This document shows positions 60,919 through 64,000 of a stretch of DNA of 64,000 bases, piece by piece. A model generated the notes under the pieces. That model saw only the letters and a program-made list of their open reading frames with translations. It searched no databases and was not told the origin of the DNA. The stretch lies in NCBI RefSeq assembly GCF_006345805.1, contig NC_043024.1, positions 19,840,001-19,904,000 of the forward strand, given 5' to 3'. Numbering within the stretch: the first letter of the stretch is position 1; each line of letters opens with the position of its first letter. The stretch is from Octopus sinensis. Taxonomy: Eukaryota. The position numbers were made by a program, and so were the translations under genes.

Positions 60919-62500
60919 ATTGTAAATATCTATCAGGGACCTTTTCTATGTGTTTCTATCTATCTGTCTACATTTATCTATCTACTAAACTACCGATGTA
61001 TATATATAGAATACAGATGTACAACCATCTCTCTATAAATCTATTTAACTATATTTATCTATCCATCTCTTTCCATCACATTCTCACACATATATTATAC
61101 ATTTTACTACAACACGAAGCTAGTACACCCACTCATGCTCTTGAAACACATATACACCCGCACACTCATACATTTATACACACGCACACACAGAGCAATA
61201 TGTGTATATTTACATGCCTATACAGAGATGCTCGAATGGATGCGCATATAGTCTGACAACAAAACAGGCGCATTCAGAATCGAAGAAAGAAAGAGACACA
61301 CACCCACACACACAGAGACGTGTCACTCTGGTAGAAAATACAAAGACGGGGCAGGATACGATACAAACAATACCTCAACTGCCGAAAGAAAAATTGCAAA
61401 GGAGAGAAAGAAAGAGGGAGAGAAAGAGAGAGGGAGAGTGTCGAATGGAGAGACAGACATCTTTTTTTCTTTACTATTTTCATCAACCAACTTGTATTTC
61501 TATCTCTTCATTATTTTATCTCTCTCACTCTATCTGTTAGTCTCTCTTTTTCTCTCCTTTCTCTCCTTTTGAGACCCCATCAATTTCAAATGTCTGCCAA
61601 AGCTAACCGATGCCAATACTGTAAAAATTGGCAAATCAGTGTGTAAAGTCGAGACAAATGAAGACAGATACACAAAACGATAAGGTTTAACAATTTGGCA
61701 AATTCTTACCGAAACCGAAGAAAAACCGTGTTTCTTTAAATGCACGCTATAACCGCCACTGCGGCTCCCAACCCCCCAATCATCGTCATCAATTTCTCTG
61801 TTTACGAGTTACTGTCTCGGAAACAGTTACATCAGAAACTGACTCATTCATCTTACACGCGATGCCTTACCATTAATGTATTTATATGTCATCTTCATCA
61901 TCACGTCGTCTCTCAGTCTCCGTTGAAGACCCGTCTGTTTTGAATGACTAGTTTGGTTCTATAAATATTGACTAACCAACTTTGATAGCTTGGTATCAAT
62001 GAAATGCAGTTAACAGCTCGTCCTGTAAGATCCGTTTCTGTTATTATGTTAGCGCTGTCAGATTTGTCATATATTCTTTAGCCCCTTCGCAGAGGGTCCA
62101 TCTATTCTGAATGTCTGATTCCGGAAAGATTGGCCAACCAACTTTGATAGCTTAGCATGAATGAAAGGCAGTTACTAGCTCATCTTATGAGATATTCTAC
62201 CCCTATCATAATGGTTTCAAATTTTGGCACAAGGCCAGCAGTTTCAAGGAGGCACGTTAGTCAATGGCATAAATGTGATAAACTGTTATTTATTTCCTTG
62301 ACCCCCCAAAAAAATGGAAAGTAAAGGCTACTGCAGTAGAATTTGAACTCAGAAAGTAAAGATGGATAAAATGCCACTAAGCATTTTGCCCGGTGTGCTA
62401 ACGATTCTGCCAGTTCACTGCCTTATTTTCCCACAATTAAATTTGGTGCTGATATGGCTAAATGGTTAAGGAATTTGCTTACCAATCTCATGGTTGTAGG

Positions 62501-62863
62501 CACTAGCGTAGCTAAGGAGGGGGCAGTAAGGGTGGTCTGCCATGGGCAGCACTTTTCATCCTGTTGTAGGCAATTGTTGTAGGCAATACGTGTTTTGAGT
62601 TCTGAGTTCAAATTCCGCCGAGGTCGACTTTGCCTTTCATCCTTTCGGGGTCGATTAAATAAGTACCTGTTACACACAGGGGTCGATGTAATTGACTTGA
62701 TCCCTTTGTCTGTCCTTGTTTGTCCCCTCTATGTTTAGCCCCTTGTGGGCATTAAAAAAATTAAATATAAAATAAAATAAAATAAGTATGTGTTTTTTGC
62801 GTGGTCTGGGGGCAGCAAACGGAAGGGCCGCCCTGGGCGGCATACATTGTAGCTATGCTAGTG
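62501..62863 (+). mobile_element. hAT-type MITE containing a SINE family A copy, itself inserted in a SINE family B head
   Basis: TIR CACTAGCGTAGCTA / TAGCTATGCTAGTG (13/14); 8-bp TSD GTTGTAGG / GTTGCAGG; family A body at about 62601-62760. Confidence 0.85.
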
Positions 62864-63449
62864 GTTGCAGGTTCAGTCCCACTGCACAACACTTTGAGCA
62901 AGTGTCTTCTACTTTAGTCCAAGTCTGACTAAAGCCTTGTGAGTGGATTTGACAGATGGAAACTGAATGAAGCCCATCGTGTGTGTGTTTGTATGTGCGT
63001 GTTTGTGTGTGAGTGTGTGTATGTGTGTATATGTTTGTGTCTGCTTGCCATGACATCAGTTCCGAGTTGTAAATGAGTGTCACTGTCATACAAGTGGTGT
63101 CATTCATTTCCAATGTTCTGTCAAAACATGTCCGGCCACGAGGCAATATTACCTTGCTTGGAAACAGGCAAAAGTTGGGGTCAGAAAAAGCATCCGACCA
63201 TAGTAAATCTGTCTCAACAAATTCCATCTGACCCATGCAAGCATGGAAATGGGGGTATAAAATGACGATATTTTCTTCCAGCCTCTCTCAAAGGTCCATC
63301 TATTTCGCATGTCTGTGTAACAGGCCAGCAAATGTGGATTTTTGAAGATTGGCCAAACAAAGGACATGTTACCCTTTTGATACCAGTCTGCTCAAGACTG
63401 CTCCTTGGTCTTATCATATAAACTTACCATTTGAAAGTGATCTGTATTA

Positions 63450-63872
63450 AAACCTATTTCTTTACAACCCATAAGGGGCTAAACACAGAGAGCACAGACA
63501 AGGACAGACAAACGGATTAAGTCGATTACATAGACCCCATTGTGCAACTGGTACTTATTTAACTGACCCCGAAAGGATGAAAGGCAAAGTTGACCTTGGC
63601 GGAATTTGAACTCAGAACGTAATGACAGACGAAATACCTATTTCTTTACTACCCACAAGGGGCTAAACACAGAGGGGGCAAACAAGGACAGACAAATGGA
63701 TTAAGTCGATTATATCGACCCCAGTGCGTAACTGGTCCTTAATTTATCGACCCCGAAAGGACGAAAGGCAAAGTCGACTTAGGCGGAATTTGAACTCAGA
63801 ACGTAGCAGCAGATGAAATACTGCTAAGTATTTTGCCTGACGTGCTAACGTTTCTGCCAGCTCGCCGCCTGT
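63450..63872 (-). mobile_element. SINE family A, 2-unit tandem
   Basis: Two head-to-tail units, the rightmost with a full head. Confidence 0.88.
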
Positions 63873-64000
63873 ATTAAAACCTTGTATCAAAAGTTCAGGC
63901 TATGGTATTTGTTAGCTTAAAAGATGTCTGGGTATATTAGACATACCCTGATTTCAACAGTACATCAACATCATTCAATGTCTCTATTCCATACTGGCAT

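Noticed and set aside
61574-61683. Phase-1 frame PINFKCLPKLTDANTVKI after a long pyrimidine tract
   Set aside because: The tract is a CT microsatellite; no FN3 Trp, only weak donors, and an in-frame stop.

Overview
Eukaryotic (animal) genomic DNA. It is AT-rich and saturated with microsatellites and tRNA-derived SINEs. The repeat repertoire and microsatellite density point to a coleoid cephalopod, most likely Octopus (inference, not searched). There are no prokaryotic features, rRNA, true tRNA genes or CRISPR arrays. Almost the whole window reads as intronic sequence of one large + strand gene. Two short coding exons (9527-9648 and 30607-30719), neither annotated as such by the ORF track, have canonical splice sites and compatible phases. 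Joined, they give most of one fibronectin type III domain across a 20,958-bp intron. The remainder is layered mobile DNA: RTE, R4/Dong-like (RLE) and CR1-type LINE fragments, at least three SINE families (often as head-to-tail concatemers), three complete non-autonomous Helitrons plus a Rep-coding Helitron fragment, hAT- and piggyBac-type MITEs, and a solo LTR nested in a LINE. The most unusual signals are two hammerhead-ribozyme-like motifs about 0.5 kb apart (53470-53505 +, 54029-54089 -), the promoter-motif-rich solo LTR, TSD-flanked SINE concatemers, and several higher-order repeats and fold-backs. Almost all long ORFs in the supplied track are simple-repeat artefacts. I see no convincing wholly new multi-gene system; the ribozyme-bearing repeats are the best lead.
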